Assembly: GCA_003141835.1 (NCBI GenBank)
Contig: PLNR01000006.1
Location: 142,558 to 206,557, forward strand
DNA length: 64,000 bases
Source of the DNA: Candidatus Omnitrophota bacterium
Lineage (GTDB): Bacteria; Omnitrophota; Gorgyraeia; Pluralincolimonadales; Pluralincolimonadaceae
Direction of reading: 5' to 3'
Shown: piece after piece, positions 45,473 through 55,711 of the stretch
Numbering within the stretch: the first letter of the stretch is position 1
Layout of the letters: every line of letters starts with the position of its first letter
Notes under the pieces: model-generated
Seen by the model: only the letters and a program-made list of their open reading frames with translations
Databases searched by the model: none
Told to the model about the DNA's origin: nothing
Position numbers and translations under genes: made by a program

Positions 45473-46206
45473 AATTTACCGCTCAATAATTCCGATACGG
45501 TCACGAACTTATAGCCCTTTTCCTCCAACCTCTTTACAAGCCGCGGGATGGTCTTGACGGTTTGGCTGCGGTCCCCTCCCTCGGTGCTGAAGACCCCTCC
45601 GCTGTCATGGAACAGGATGATGTCCCCGGGCTTGATATGCCTCGCTATGAATGAGGTGATCTGTTTATCGTGGAACGTGACCCAATCCTTGGAGTTCAAG
45701 GACCACAGGACCACCCCGTATCCCATATCCTTGACCTTTTGTTTCTCCGTATCGTTAAGCCAGGCTTTGGGGGGCCTGAAATACTTTGTCGTCCGGCCGG
45801 TGACGTCCTTAATGACCTTCTCCGTCTCATCTATCTCTTTCTTAAGCTCATCTGTTTTATAATAGATCATGACCTTGTGGTCATATCCGTGGTTCTCTAT
45901 ATCGTGCCCCTCGCGCGCGACGCGCCTGGCGATCTCGGGATACTGTTCCACGTGTTTTCCTATCATGAAAAAAGTCGCCTTGATGCCGGCCTTTTTAAGC
46001 TCGTCCAGGACTTGCGGCGTCCATAACGGCGAAGGGCCGTCGTCGAAGGTCAACGCGACGACTTTCTCGTCGGTTTTAAGGCGGTAGATGGTGGATTTGC
46101 GCACGAGGACTGCCTGGTCAAAAAAGACGCAAAAAGCCATTATCGCCGTCGCGGCAATGATGACCGCTATCGTCGAGATCCAGATATATCTTTTAAGGTT
46201 TCGCAT
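45469..46206 (-). CDS. polysaccharide deacetylase (NodB homology domain), membrane-anchored
   Basis: LTFDDGP and HGYDH motifs. Confidence 0.75.
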   Translation of the reverse strand: MRNLKRYIWISTIAVIIAATAIMAFCVFFDQAVLVRKSTIYRLKTDEKVVALTFDDGPSPLWTPQVLDELKKAGIKATFFMIGKHVEQYPEIARRVAREGHDIENHGYDHKVMIYYKTDELKKEIDETEKVIKDVTGRTTKYFRPPKAWLNDTEKQKVKDMGYGVVLWSLNSKDWVTFHDKQITSFIARHIKPGDIILFHDSGGVFSTEGGDRSQTVKTIPRLVKRLEEKGYKFVTVSELLSGKF

Positions 46207-46214
46207 ATCCGATC

Positions 46215-48773
46215 CTAATCATAACCGAATTTCTTTACGAACCAGGTTTTCACGACCTGCACCAGCAGCATATATGTCACGACCATGACAAAAAGGATCA
46301 CGAAGAATAATGGCGGTGGCGCCACGAACCCGAAGGACTTGGCCAGTGGAGACAAGGGAATTAATATGCCCATCGCGACTATGGCTATTGACGTCATAAT
46401 AAGGAACTTGCTCGGCCTGCTCTCGATGAACGGTATCTTTCCGGTGCGTATGACGTGGATGATGAGCGTCTGGGTGCAAAGAGACTCTATAAACCAGCCC
46501 GTGTGGAACAATTCCGGGTTGTTCCAGGTATTGAATACGAAAAGCATCACGCCGTAAGTCAGGAAATCATAGATAGAGCTCAGCGGGCCTATAAACACCA
46601 TGAAATTCCTTATCGACTTGATGTTCCAGGCGCGAGGTTTCACGAGGTACTCCTTGTCCACTTCGTCGGTGGGTATGGCTACCTGCGACAGGTCGTAAAG
46701 GAAGTTATTAAGCAGGATCTGTATCGGCAGCATCGGCAGGAACGGCAGGAAGATGGTACCGCCGGTCATGCTGAGCATATTCCCGAAGTTCGAGCTGGAA
46801 CCCATTTTTATATATTTTATTATATTGCCAAAAGTCTTCCTCCCTTCTACGACCCCGTCCTCGAGGACTAGAAGATTTTTTTTGAGGAGTATTATATCCG
46901 CGGATTCCTTCGCTATGTCCACGGCGTTATCCACGGAGATGCCGACGTCTGACGCCTTCAGCGCCGGCGCGTCGTTTATGCCGTCGCCGAGGTAACCTAC
47001 TATATGTTTATTCCGGTGGAGAGCCCGGATCACCCGCTCTTTCTGGAGGGGCGACATTCGCGCGAAGACGTTCGAGGTCTCGGCCGCAGCCTGGAGTTCG
47101 GCATCGGACATCTTTTCCAATTGTTCGCCTATGATAAGGCCCGTGATATTGAGGCCTACCTCATTGCATATCTTTTTCGTGACGAGCTCGTTATCGCCCG
47201 TCAGGACCTTGAACTGTATCCCCTGCTTAGTAAGCGCCTCGATAGCCTCTTTCGCGTCCGCCTTCGGAGGGTCAAGGAAAGCGACATAGCCCTTCAGGAC
47301 GAGCTCCTGCTCGTCATCCCGCGAATAGGCCTCTTTCTTTGTCTCCTCATCCTTATAGGCGATGGCGAGGACCCTGAAACCGTCGGTGCTCAGCCTGTCG
47401 TATTCTTCCCTCAGATCCGCCAAAAGCCACTGCTCCATCTCGAATATCTCGCCGTCAAGCTCATAGTGCGTGCAGCGTTTGAATATCTCTTCCGGCGCGC
47501 CTTTCGCGATAAGCGTATGCTTGCCGTCCATCCCCACAACGACCGACATGATCTTCCTCGAAAAATCGAACGGCATCTCGTCTATTTTTTTGAACTCCTT
47601 GACAGGCATCTTCTTGTACTTCAGGATGGCCTTATCGAGGAGGTTCTTAAGCCCTGTCTGGTAGTAGCTGTTAAGGTACGCGTACTTCAGGACGGTCTCG
47701 TCGTCTTTCCTGACCACGTCGCAATGCTTCTCCAGGATGATGTGGTCCATGGTCAAGGTGCCGGTCTTATCGGTGCAGATGACGTCCATGGCGCCGAAGT
47801 TCTGGATCGAGTTCAAGCGCTTTACTATGACGTCTTTCTTGGACATCGCGATAGCGCCCTTTGAAAGGTTAAGGGTGATGAGCATAGGCAGCATCTCCGG
47901 AGTCAAGCCTACCGCCACGCCGAGAGAGAAAAGGAAAGCCTCCCTGAAAGGGCGCCCGCGCAACGCGTTTATCCCGAAGATGACTATTACCATGAATATC
48001 ATCGCCCGGATCATGAGCCACGTGAAACTGTTCACGCCCTTGTCGAAGCTCGTCTCGATCCTCATGGTAGCCAGCCTGCGCGATATTTCGCCGAACTGCG
48101 TCGAGATGCCTGTCTTTACGACCACCGCCAGCGCAGTGCCGCTTACCACGCTTGAGCCCATGAACGCGATATTGCGCAATTCCGAATTAGCGGAGGATTT
48201 TGCCTGTACCGGCCCGGCGACTTTCTCTATAGGGAAAGATTCCCCTGTCAAAGAGGCCTGGTTGATAAAAAGGTCCTTGCACGAGATTATCCTTAAGTCG
48301 GCAGGGATCATGTCGCCGGCGAAAAGGTCTACGATATCGCCCGGGACGATTTCGCGGATATTTATCTCTTTCGGCCTGCCGTTCCTGTAAACGGTCGCGG
48401 TCGTGTGTACCATCTCGCTGAGTTTTTCGACGGCTTTTTCGGAACGGTGCTCCTGTATGAACGAAAGGAACACGCTAAGGACGATCATCAGGAAGACAAG
48501 GAAGGCGCTCACCGTAGAGCCGGAATAGAGGGAAAATCCGCAGATGATTATAAGGACGATCACGAGCGGGTTTACGAACTTGGAGAGGATCTGGGTAAAG
48601 ATAGTCCTCTTCTTCTTCCTGGCGGGCTCATTTAACCCGTAATACTCGAGGCGTTTTTTCGCTTCTTTCTCGGAAAGGCCCTTCTGGGAGGTTTTAAGCT
48701 TTAAAAAGACCTCCTCGATGGGGGTGCTGATATAATTAAAAGACGGGCTAGATATTTTCGGTAAGGACTTCAT
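46215..48773 (-). CDS. mgtA: magnesium-translocating P-type ATPase (MgtA-like)
   Basis: DKTGTLT, TGES and GDGINDAPAL motifs. 852 aa with 10 TM segments. Confidence 0.8.
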   Translation of the reverse strand: MKSLPKISSPSFNYISTPIEEVFLKLKTSQKGLSEKEAKKRLEYYGLNEPARKKKRTIFTQILSKFVNPLVIVLIIICGFSLYSGSTVSAFLVFLMIVLSVFLSFIQEHRSEKAVEKLSEMVHTTATVYRNGRPKEINIREIVPGDIVDLFAGDMIPADLRIISCKDLFINQASLTGESFPIEKVAGPVQAKSSANSELRNIAFMGSSVVSGTALAVVVKTGISTQFGEISRRLATMRIETSFDKGVNSFTWLMIRAMIFMVIVIFGINALRGRPFREAFLFSLGVAVGLTPEMLPMLITLNLSKGAIAMSKKDVIVKRLNSIQNFGAMDVICTDKTGTLTMDHIILEKHCDVVRKDDETVLKYAYLNSYYQTGLKNLLDKAILKYKKMPVKEFKKIDEMPFDFSRKIMSVVVGMDGKHTLIAKGAPEEIFKRCTHYELDGEIFEMEQWLLADLREEYDRLSTDGFRVLAIAYKDEETKKEAYSRDDEQELVLKGYVAFLDPPKADAKEAIEALTKQGIQFKVLTGDNELVTKKICNEVGLNITGLIIGEQLEKMSDAELQAAAETSNVFARMSPLQKERVIRALHRNKHIVGYLGDGINDAPALKASDVGISVDNAVDIAKESADIILLKKNLLVLEDGVVEGRKTFGNIIKYIKMGSSSNFGNMLSMTGGTIFLPFLPMLPIQILLNNFLYDLSQVAIPTDEVDKEYLVKPRAWNIKSIRNFMVFIGPLSSIYDFLTYGVMLFVFNTWNNPELFHTGWFIESLCTQTLIIHVIRTGKIPFIESRPSKFLIMTSIAIVAMGILIPLSPLAKSFGFVAPPPLFFVILFVMVVTYMLLVQVVKTWFVKKFGYD

Positions 48774-49326
48774 AAAACGCCTGCGGGTGTTTGCAGGCCG
48801 GGCATTCTTTGGGGGCTTCAGCCCCTTCGAACACGTAGCCGCAGTTTATGCAATGCCATTTGACCGGCGCCTTCTTCTTGAAGACTTCGCCATTCGCTAT
48901 GTTATTGATCAGCTTCCTGTACCTGGATTCGTGGAATTTTTCCACTTTAGAGATATTGTCGAAGGACCTTGCGACCTCCGGAAATCCCTCGTTCTCGGCT
49001 ACCCTCGAAAAATCGGAATACAACGTAGTCCACTCGAGGTTCTCCCCCGCGGCGGCAGCCTCAAGGTTCGCCTTCGTGTTATTTATCGTGCCGGCCGGAT
49101 AGGTAGCGGTTATCTCGACGTCCCCGCCCTCAAGATACTTGAAAAATACCTTGGCGTGCTCCTTCTCATTCTCCGCGGTCTCGATGAATATATTCGCTAT
49201 CTGCTCGTAACCTTCCTTCCGCGCGGCGCTTGCGAAATATGTGTACCTGTTCCTCGCCTGCGATTCACCCGCGAACGAGGCAAGCAGGTTCTTCTCGGTC
49301 TGTGTGCCCTTCAGTGATTTGCCCAT
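48748..49326 (-). CDS. rbr: rubrerythrin (ferritin-like diiron domain plus C-terminal rubredoxin-like CxxC...CxxC)
   Basis: EXXH motifs and CINCGYVF...CPACKHP. RBS GAGGAGG. Start at MGKSLKG. Confidence 0.8.
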   Translation of the reverse strand: MGKSLKGTQTEKNLLASFAGESQARNRYTYFASAARKEGYEQIANIFIETAENEKEHAKVFFKYLEGGDVEITATYPAGTINNTKANLEAAAAGENLEWTTLYSDFSRVAENEGFPEVARSFDNISKVEKFHESRYRKLINNIANGEVFKKKAPVKWHCINCGYVFEGAEAPKECPACKHPQAFYEVLTENI

Positions 49327-49357
49327 TTTTGATTTCCTCCTCGGTGGGATGACTATA

Positions 49358-49391
49358 TATATACCATAAATATATATATTTATGGTGTTAT
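49358..49391. promoter_or_regulatory. AT-rich perfect palindrome CCATAAATATATATATTTATGG upstream of rbr (candidate PerR/Fur-type operator)
   Basis: 22-bp perfect inverted repeat located 35-60 bp upstream of the rbr start. Confidence 0.4.
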
Positions 49392-49406
49392 ACCACAAAC
49401 GGCGCG

Positions 49407-50345
49407 TTATTTCAACGGCCTAATGTCAAATACGGTTATCTCCGGCCTGACCAGGAACCTTACCCTGATGCCGAACTTCCCTTCGGTCCCTATGCCGCGG
49501 TTCACATAGAGGACCGTATTCCCGACCTTGTATTCCCCTGCTTCGTATCTCTTGCCGTATTTTGAAAGCGTGATTATGGCCCCGTAAAAAGGCAGCGCCA
49601 CCTGGCCGCCGTGCGTGTGGCCGGCAAGATACAAGTCGACATTCGAGTTCTTCACATCTTCGATGAGGTCTGGCCTATGATACAGGAATATGCTGTAATA
49701 CCCGCGCGGCACATTCTTCAACACGGGGAACCAATACATGCCATGCTCGAAGTTTACCCCCGAGATGAAAACGGTATCACCGTCCTTGTTTATCTTCTCG
49801 ATCCTGCCGTCCAGGACGCTAAAATCGGTGCCGCCGAAAAGGTCAATGCCGCGCAGGAACCAGTAATCATAATTCCCTGTCACGGCGTATTTCCCTATAC
49901 CCGCCTTCAGGCTCTTCATGGTCTTCTTAAATACGGGCAGCGCCTTCGAGGCATTTACCGTATCCCCGGTAAAAACTATGATGTCGGGTTTCAGGGCGTT
50001 GACTATCTCTACTATTTTTTTCTCGTTTATTCCTTTAGGGTCGGTATGCAAGTCCGACAGCTGGACTATGCGGAGGCTGGCGTGGGATAGTTTTGGGGTC
50101 TTTATCTCTACCGTCTTCACGTCTATCCAATGCGGTTCTATGAGGAGGCCATACAGGAAACAAAGGATGCCGGCTGCCGCAACTATGTGTACGGCTATCG
50201 CAGGCTTGGTCAGGAAACCTGAAGGGCCTTCTTTGCGCCCTAACTTATGGAGGAGCAGCTTTGATATCAGCTGCCCCTCCTTGATGTATATTGCGAGGAC
50301 AAACGCCAGAAAAACGCTGAGCGATACGAATTCCCGGATCAGCAT
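49407..50345 (-). CDS. membrane-anchored metallophosphoesterase (calcineurin-like)
   Basis: GDTVN, GNYDYW and GHTHGG motifs. Confidence 0.7.
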   Translation of the reverse strand: MLIREFVSLSVFLAFVLAIYIKEGQLISKLLLHKLGRKEGPSGFLTKPAIAVHIVAAAGILCFLYGLLIEPHWIDVKTVEIKTPKLSHASLRIVQLSDLHTDPKGINEKKIVEIVNALKPDIIVFTGDTVNASKALPVFKKTMKSLKAGIGKYAVTGNYDYWFLRGIDLFGGTDFSVLDGRIEKINKDGDTVFISGVNFEHGMYWFPVLKNVPRGYYSIFLYHRPDLIEDVKNSNVDLYLAGHTHGGQVALPFYGAIITLSKYGKRYEAGEYKVGNTVLYVNRGIGTEGKFGIRVRFLVRPEITVFDIRPLK

Positions 50346-52855
50346 TAAAGCAATTTGCCGTTTTGGAGCGTAAATGCCCCTTTGAGCTTGATATCCCTGG
50401 ACGAACTGCCTACCAGGATTTCAAATTGCCCGGGTTTCACGGCCCAGTCCTTTTTCCCGGCGTCATAAAATGCGAGGGACCTCTTATCGAGCCTGATCGT
50501 CACCCTTACCGTCTCGCCGGGCTTCACGTCGACCCTCTTGAATCCCTTGAGTTCCATCACCGGCCTCTCGACGCCGGGCGCGACTTCCCTTATATAAAGC
50601 TGGGCCACTTCGGCGCCGGCCCTCTGGCTCGTGTTCTTGAGGTCGAAAGACGCCTCGAGATCGATATTGCCGGCCTGCACCGTGCCGGGCGTTATCGTGA
50701 GGTTGCTGTATTCAAACGTGCTGTAAGAAAGGCCGTGTCCGAACGGGAAGAGGACTTTCATCCCGTGCTTGTCGAAATAACGGTAGCCGACGAAGATGCC
50801 TTCCGCATAAATCACCTTGCCGTTTTTCCCGGGATAATTCGAATACGCGGGACAATCCTCCCACTTCAGGGGGAAGGTCGTGGGCAATTTGCCCGACGGG
50901 TTATAATCACCGAGGAGCACGTCCGCGATAGCGTTGCCGCCCTCCTGCCCGGGGAACCACATCTCGATCAGCGCGGGGACTTTATCCCCCCAGTCGTTCA
51001 TGACGACAGGGGCGCCGGTATTCAGCACGACGACTGTATTTTTGTTCGCCGCAACGACCTTCTTGACGAGATCGTTCTGGTTCTCGGGAAGGCTCATGTC
51101 CTTCCTGTCGAAATTTTCCGACTCAATACGGCCGGAAAGGCCGATGAATACGATCGCGATATCGGATCTCTTAGCGACCTCGGCTGCCTGGTTTGCCAGC
51201 TCACCGGGAATGTCCCATCCCAGCTTGCAGGTTGCGTTGCCGGTATTCTCGTAAAATTCCACGCGCACGCCGTACTCTTTTCCCGCCTCAAGAGTTACCC
51301 ATGTGCTTTTAGTATCTTCACCGTGGTCCTTCCAGTTGCTTATGACTTCCTTGCCGTCTATGAAGAGGCGGGAACCGTCATCGCTCATAACGCTTAGCTC
51401 GTACGTCCCGGTCTTCGGCGGCGCAAGCTTCGCCGTCCATCTTACGGAGAAATGGTCTTTCGGGATGCCGTCTGCCGGCGACGCTTCGCCCCAGTTGAAA
51501 TTTACCTGTTTATCCACCCTCGACAGGACGGGTGAGCCCGAAAGCTGCTGGTTATTGAAATATTCCCCCAGGAAACCGTTCACTTTCTTGCCCTCAAAGA
51601 CCGTATGTGCCGCCGAAGATTCGATAGGCGTCATTTCCCCGTCAAGCTTGCAGCCTAACGCGTAATTGATCGCGACCTTATCCCCGAGCTTTTTCTTCAA
51701 GCCGTCAAGCGGGCTCACGGCATAAGCCGGCGTCACCTCTGAGCTGCCGCCGCCTCCGAACCTGTTGATGGCGGCATTCGGACCTATTACCGCGATCGAT
51801 TTGACCTTATTTATGTCTATAGGAAGGATCCCGCCGGAATTTTTAAGCAGGACTATGCCTTCCCTGGATACCTGGAGTGCGGCCTGTTTGTGTTCCGAAG
51901 TATTAAGGACGCCATGGACCGGCGCCGGATTGGCGTCAAAAAGTCCGAGCCAGAACATAGCCCTAAGGATGCGCCTTACTTTGTCGTCTATTACCGATTC
52001 CTTTACCTGGCCGTTATTAACCGCGCTCACCAGGTTCGCGTTGAAATTATCCCCTTTCGGCATCTCGAGATCGAGGCCGTAATTCGCCGCGTTGACCGTG
52101 CTGTGCGTGGCTCCCCAGTCCGAGACGACAAATCCCTTGAATCCCCATTCTTTCTTAAGGATATCGTTAAGCAGGTGGTCGTTCTCGCTCGCATGATAGC
52201 CGTTTATTTTATTATAGGAGCACATCACCGACCACGAACCGCCCTCTTTTACCGCCGCCTCGAACGCAGGGAGGTATATCTCCCTGAGCGCGCGCTCGTC
52301 GATGACCACATCTATCGTGCCGCGGTCCCATTCCTGGTTATTGCAGGCGTAGTGTTTTACCGTCGCGACGACTTTATTGTCCTGAAGGCCCTTTACATAC
52401 GCTACGGCCAGCCGGGATGATAGATAGGGATCTTCCCCAAAGCTCTCAAAATTCCTTCCGCCCATCGGGACCCTGTGGATATTCACGCACGGGCCCAGGG
52501 ACATATTATTGTCCTTCGCCTTGACTTCTTCGGCAAGCGCCGTTGACATCTTGTAGGCCGCATCCGGATCCCATGTCGCCGCCAGGCATACCGACGACGG
52601 GAAAGACGTCACCGGGCCGCTCCTGGCGACGCCGACCGGGCCGTCGCACATCTTCAATTTCGGGATACCCAGCCGCCCGATAGTATACGTCTCCATGCCG
52701 TTTCCACCGATAAGGGTCACCTTCTCACTGAGTGTCATCTTATTTATCAATTCGTCTATCTTCTTTTCCACCTGTGAATCCTCGCCGTAAAGTATCGTGC
52801 CCGAAAGCAAAAAAACCGAAACAAGGGAGACCATAAAAACAACGGGCTTATTCAT
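50345..52855 (-). CDS. secreted GH3 beta-glucosidase with PA14 insertion
   Basis: KHYACNNQE, VVSDWGA and a PA14-like segment (FSVRWTAKL...TYELSVMSDDGSRLFIDGK). Confidence 0.85.
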   Translation of the reverse strand: MNKPVVFMVSLVSVFLLSGTILYGEDSQVEKKIDELINKMTLSEKVTLIGGNGMETYTIGRLGIPKLKMCDGPVGVARSGPVTSFPSSVCLAATWDPDAAYKMSTALAEEVKAKDNNMSLGPCVNIHRVPMGGRNFESFGEDPYLSSRLAVAYVKGLQDNKVVATVKHYACNNQEWDRGTIDVVIDERALREIYLPAFEAAVKEGGSWSVMCSYNKINGYHASENDHLLNDILKKEWGFKGFVVSDWGATHSTVNAANYGLDLEMPKGDNFNANLVSAVNNGQVKESVIDDKVRRILRAMFWLGLFDANPAPVHGVLNTSEHKQAALQVSREGIVLLKNSGGILPIDINKVKSIAVIGPNAAINRFGGGGSSEVTPAYAVSPLDGLKKKLGDKVAINYALGCKLDGEMTPIESSAAHTVFEGKKVNGFLGEYFNNQQLSGSPVLSRVDKQVNFNWGEASPADGIPKDHFSVRWTAKLAPPKTGTYELSVMSDDGSRLFIDGKEVISNWKDHGEDTKSTWVTLEAGKEYGVRVEFYENTGNATCKLGWDIPGELANQAAEVAKRSDIAIVFIGLSGRIESENFDRKDMSLPENQNDLVKKVVAANKNTVVVLNTGAPVVMNDWGDKVPALIEMWFPGQEGGNAIADVLLGDYNPSGKLPTTFPLKWEDCPAYSNYPGKNGKVIYAEGIFVGYRYFDKHGMKVLFPFGHGLSYSTFEYSNLTITPGTVQAGNIDLEASFDLKNTSQRAGAEVAQLYIREVAPGVERPVMELKGFKRVDVKPGETVRVTIRLDKRSLAFYDAGKKDWAVKPGQFEILVGSSSRDIKLKGAFTLQNGKLL

Positions 52856-53429
52856 TTTCTTTCATTCCTTTCATCATATTGCCGATATCCGGCATGTCCA
52901 TGGAGAATTTTTTGTAATCCGACGGTACCTCGAACAGCGAGTCCGGCTGCGGCCCGGTCTTTATGTTCCTGTATTCGACGCTCCAGCTGCCGTCTAACGC
53001 AGCCGATTTAAGGGGGAGGCTCGAACCGCTCTCCACCCATTGCAGCATCTCGTTCTTGATCCCGTCTATCTCGTAAGTCACTTTATATTTGTCCGCCGTC
53101 TTCCCGTCGACCGTATCCTTGCCGAGGGGCGTGCGCTCAAGCTCGCCTTCGACCTTTTCTGCGGCGGTCGTCATTTTCTTAGGGTCAAAAGGCTGCTCCA
53201 TATACATCTTCTGGCCCGGCATAAGTATCCACACGACCTTCTTGTCCACCCTTGATATGGATATGCTCTCGGGGGCTTCCATCCTGCTCTTCTCCCCGCT
53301 GACGAAAACCCTGGCACTAAAGGTCTTGCCACCCTGGGTGGTGACTACATCAGCGGAAAAGTCCACCGCGAAGGCGGGTACGGCCAGCGAAAAAACCAGC
53401 ATGACCGCAAAACAAAAAGGAACCCTCAT
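52848..53429 (-). CDS. secreted hypothetical protein (LolA-like / DUF4412-like)
   Basis: Signal peptide. 193 aa. Confidence 0.35.
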   Translation of the reverse strand: MRVPFCFAVMLVFSLAVPAFAVDFSADVVTTQGGKTFSARVFVSGEKSRMEAPESISISRVDKKVVWILMPGQKMYMEQPFDPKKMTTAAEKVEGELERTPLGKDTVDGKTADKYKVTYEIDGIKNEMLQWVESGSSLPLKSAALDGSWSVEYRNIKTGPQPDSLFEVPSDYKKFSMDMPDIGNMMKGMKENE

Positions 53430-53512
53430 TATTTTTCCTCCTCATTTATACAAAAGGGGCACAACATCAATTATATATTGTGCCCCTCCATTTATCCAGT
53501 AAATATTCGGTC

Positions 53513-55651
53513 CTATTCCGTTATCTTATAACACCCTCCGTCCAGGACGACGATGACGTTCTTTGCGATCGCGAAATATTTCGCGGCCTGGGGATTCTGC
53601 TTGAGCAGTTCGAAATACTTGCCGCTCAAATATTTAACCTCGGCCGTCTTCATGCTCTCCTTATATTTCGCGTCTATCCAAACGTTCCCGTTCAGGTAAA
53701 AGGTCTTGTCGCCGACATGTTTGACCGTATCGAGCGACGGCTGGGAAGCGGACATCTTTTCCTTCATGCCCTTTATGTCCACTGAGGCATATACCGCATC
53801 GGCTCCGACTTCCCGCTGCATCGAATCCTTGAACACCATACCGTTAAACTCTAATTTCTTGGCCTCTTCGCCCCTTATCCCCCACCGTCCGGAATCCTGC
53901 TCGTTCTCCAGGACGAGGAAAGACGTGTACGGCGTCATGATCCCGTGCTCCTTGCTCAGTTTTACTATCTCATCGACAAGCTCCTTATTCTCGCCCTTGA
54001 GGCGTATCTCGCTCATAAGGTAACCGATCTTGCGCGTAGCCCAGATGCGCGGGATGAAATCATTCTCGGTGCTCGCCTCCGGGAACCTGTCTTCAAATGT
54101 CATCCTCTTCTCGGAGCCGTTGACATTTCCCGTAAGGGTGATAGCGACAGCTCCGGCGCCTTCATACCTGCCGAATAATACGAGCTGCGATCCCTTGAAT
54201 ATATCGGGAAGCGCCGTTGGATACATATCCTTCACTTTGATCTTCCCGAAATCAAGCTTTATGTCCGAGAGGACCGGCTCGCTTATCTTCGAGTAGAAAG
54301 ACGAGACTTTTACCTCTATATCCTCTCCCGGGACGACGTATTCGCACACGCCGCGCTGGACTTCGGCCATCTTATCGAGAAGATGCGTGTTCACGTCGCT
54401 TCCTACCCCGAAGATGAATATCCTCGCCTTGACCCCGTTGGCATCCGCGACATTCTTGAGGATATCGTTGGGGTTCGTCGTGCCGACAGTCGGCTCCCCG
54501 TCGGTAAGGAAGACCACCATCCGCGGCCTTTTAGAGTCCCCGAACATCCTGAGGGACGTGAGAAGGGCATTATTTATGTCAGTCCCTCCCCTCGCCTGGA
54601 ACTTGCCGACAAATTCGGAAGCGCTGCTTATATTATCCTTCGTGGCGTCGACAAGGGTATCCCTGAATGTATTCACGTCTGAAGCGAAGTTCACGATATT
54701 GAACCTGTCGCCTTCGCCGAGCCTGTTGACGCAGAACCGCAGCGCCGCTTTCGCCTGGTCTATCTTATCCCCGGCCATGCTCCCCGACGTGTCGAGGACG
54801 AATATTATGTCCTTCTCTATCGCGCGCGCGTCGAGCTGGCCCGGGGAAAGCAGCATTATGAAGTAACCGTCCTCGCCGGCCTTTTCGCGGTAAGTGAGGA
54901 GGTTCAGGCCCATCTCTTTCTCGGAGACCGTATAATACATGACGAAGTCCTTGTCCGGCCTGACATTCTTCGCCTCGAAACCGCAGCTGGCAGTGAACCG
55001 GTCCAGCTTCGTATCCACTTCATGGCTGGGCGAATAGATGCTCTTTATGGCGACCTTCGAGGTGACCTTGGCAGATATCGTCACTTCCTCAAGCGGCTTG
55101 GGAGAGAACTTCTCGGTATTGAGCGGATAGACGTATTTGTATACGCCCGCGTCGTAATTAAGTGTTTGCTGGTAGACTATCTCGATGCGGGTCTCCCCGT
55201 GTTTCGGGACGGGATATACCCGCGCCTTGAACATGTTGCGCCCGGCGTATTCCAGCAGCCCCGGGTCCTTCATGCGCCTTACGATATCCTCGTATATCTG
55301 CCGCGCCTTGTCTTTATCCAGGAGTTCGCCGCTTACCCTTTTGCCGTTCATGTAAAGCGCAAAATCCTTTATCGCCGCCTCTTCCGGTATCGGGAACATA
55401 TATGTCGCCTCAAGGTCGGCGTCATAATCGTTCCTGAATACCTGGTCGATGGATGTGGTCGCTACCCCGTTATTGATATCGACCTTGACCCTGTGGTATT
55501 TGACAGGCAGGGGCTGGGGATTCACGAACCTTTCGATGCGGATACCAATGGGAGGTTCGGCTATCAATACACCGTCCGCGAATGCGGTATTCAACGCAAA
55601 AAACAGGCCTAACACTGACAACATTACCGGTAAAAACGCTTTGGTCTTCAT
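53513..55651 (-). CDS. secreted VIT (vault/inter-alpha-trypsin) + von Willebrand factor A domain protein
   Basis: vWA MIDAS motif FVLDTSGSM. N-terminal VIT-like region. Confidence 0.7.
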   Translation of the reverse strand: MKTKAFLPVMLSVLGLFFALNTAFADGVLIAEPPIGIRIERFVNPQPLPVKYHRVKVDINNGVATTSIDQVFRNDYDADLEATYMFPIPEEAAIKDFALYMNGKRVSGELLDKDKARQIYEDIVRRMKDPGLLEYAGRNMFKARVYPVPKHGETRIEIVYQQTLNYDAGVYKYVYPLNTEKFSPKPLEEVTISAKVTSKVAIKSIYSPSHEVDTKLDRFTASCGFEAKNVRPDKDFVMYYTVSEKEMGLNLLTYREKAGEDGYFIMLLSPGQLDARAIEKDIIFVLDTSGSMAGDKIDQAKAALRFCVNRLGEGDRFNIVNFASDVNTFRDTLVDATKDNISSASEFVGKFQARGGTDINNALLTSLRMFGDSKRPRMVVFLTDGEPTVGTTNPNDILKNVADANGVKARIFIFGVGSDVNTHLLDKMAEVQRGVCEYVVPGEDIEVKVSSFYSKISEPVLSDIKLDFGKIKVKDMYPTALPDIFKGSQLVLFGRYEGAGAVAITLTGNVNGSEKRMTFEDRFPEASTENDFIPRIWATRKIGYLMSEIRLKGENKELVDEIVKLSKEHGIMTPYTSFLVLENEQDSGRWGIRGEEAKKLEFNGMVFKDSMQREVGADAVYASVDIKGMKEKMSASQPSLDTVKHVGDKTFYLNGNVWIDAKYKESMKTAEVKYLSGKYFELLKQNPQAAKYFAIAKNVIVVLDGGCYKITE

Positions 55652-55711
55652 GGGACCCTCCTTTCCTTTACACCAGTTTAGACAGGAAAGGGGGCAAAAA
55701 GTTCCCGGATA

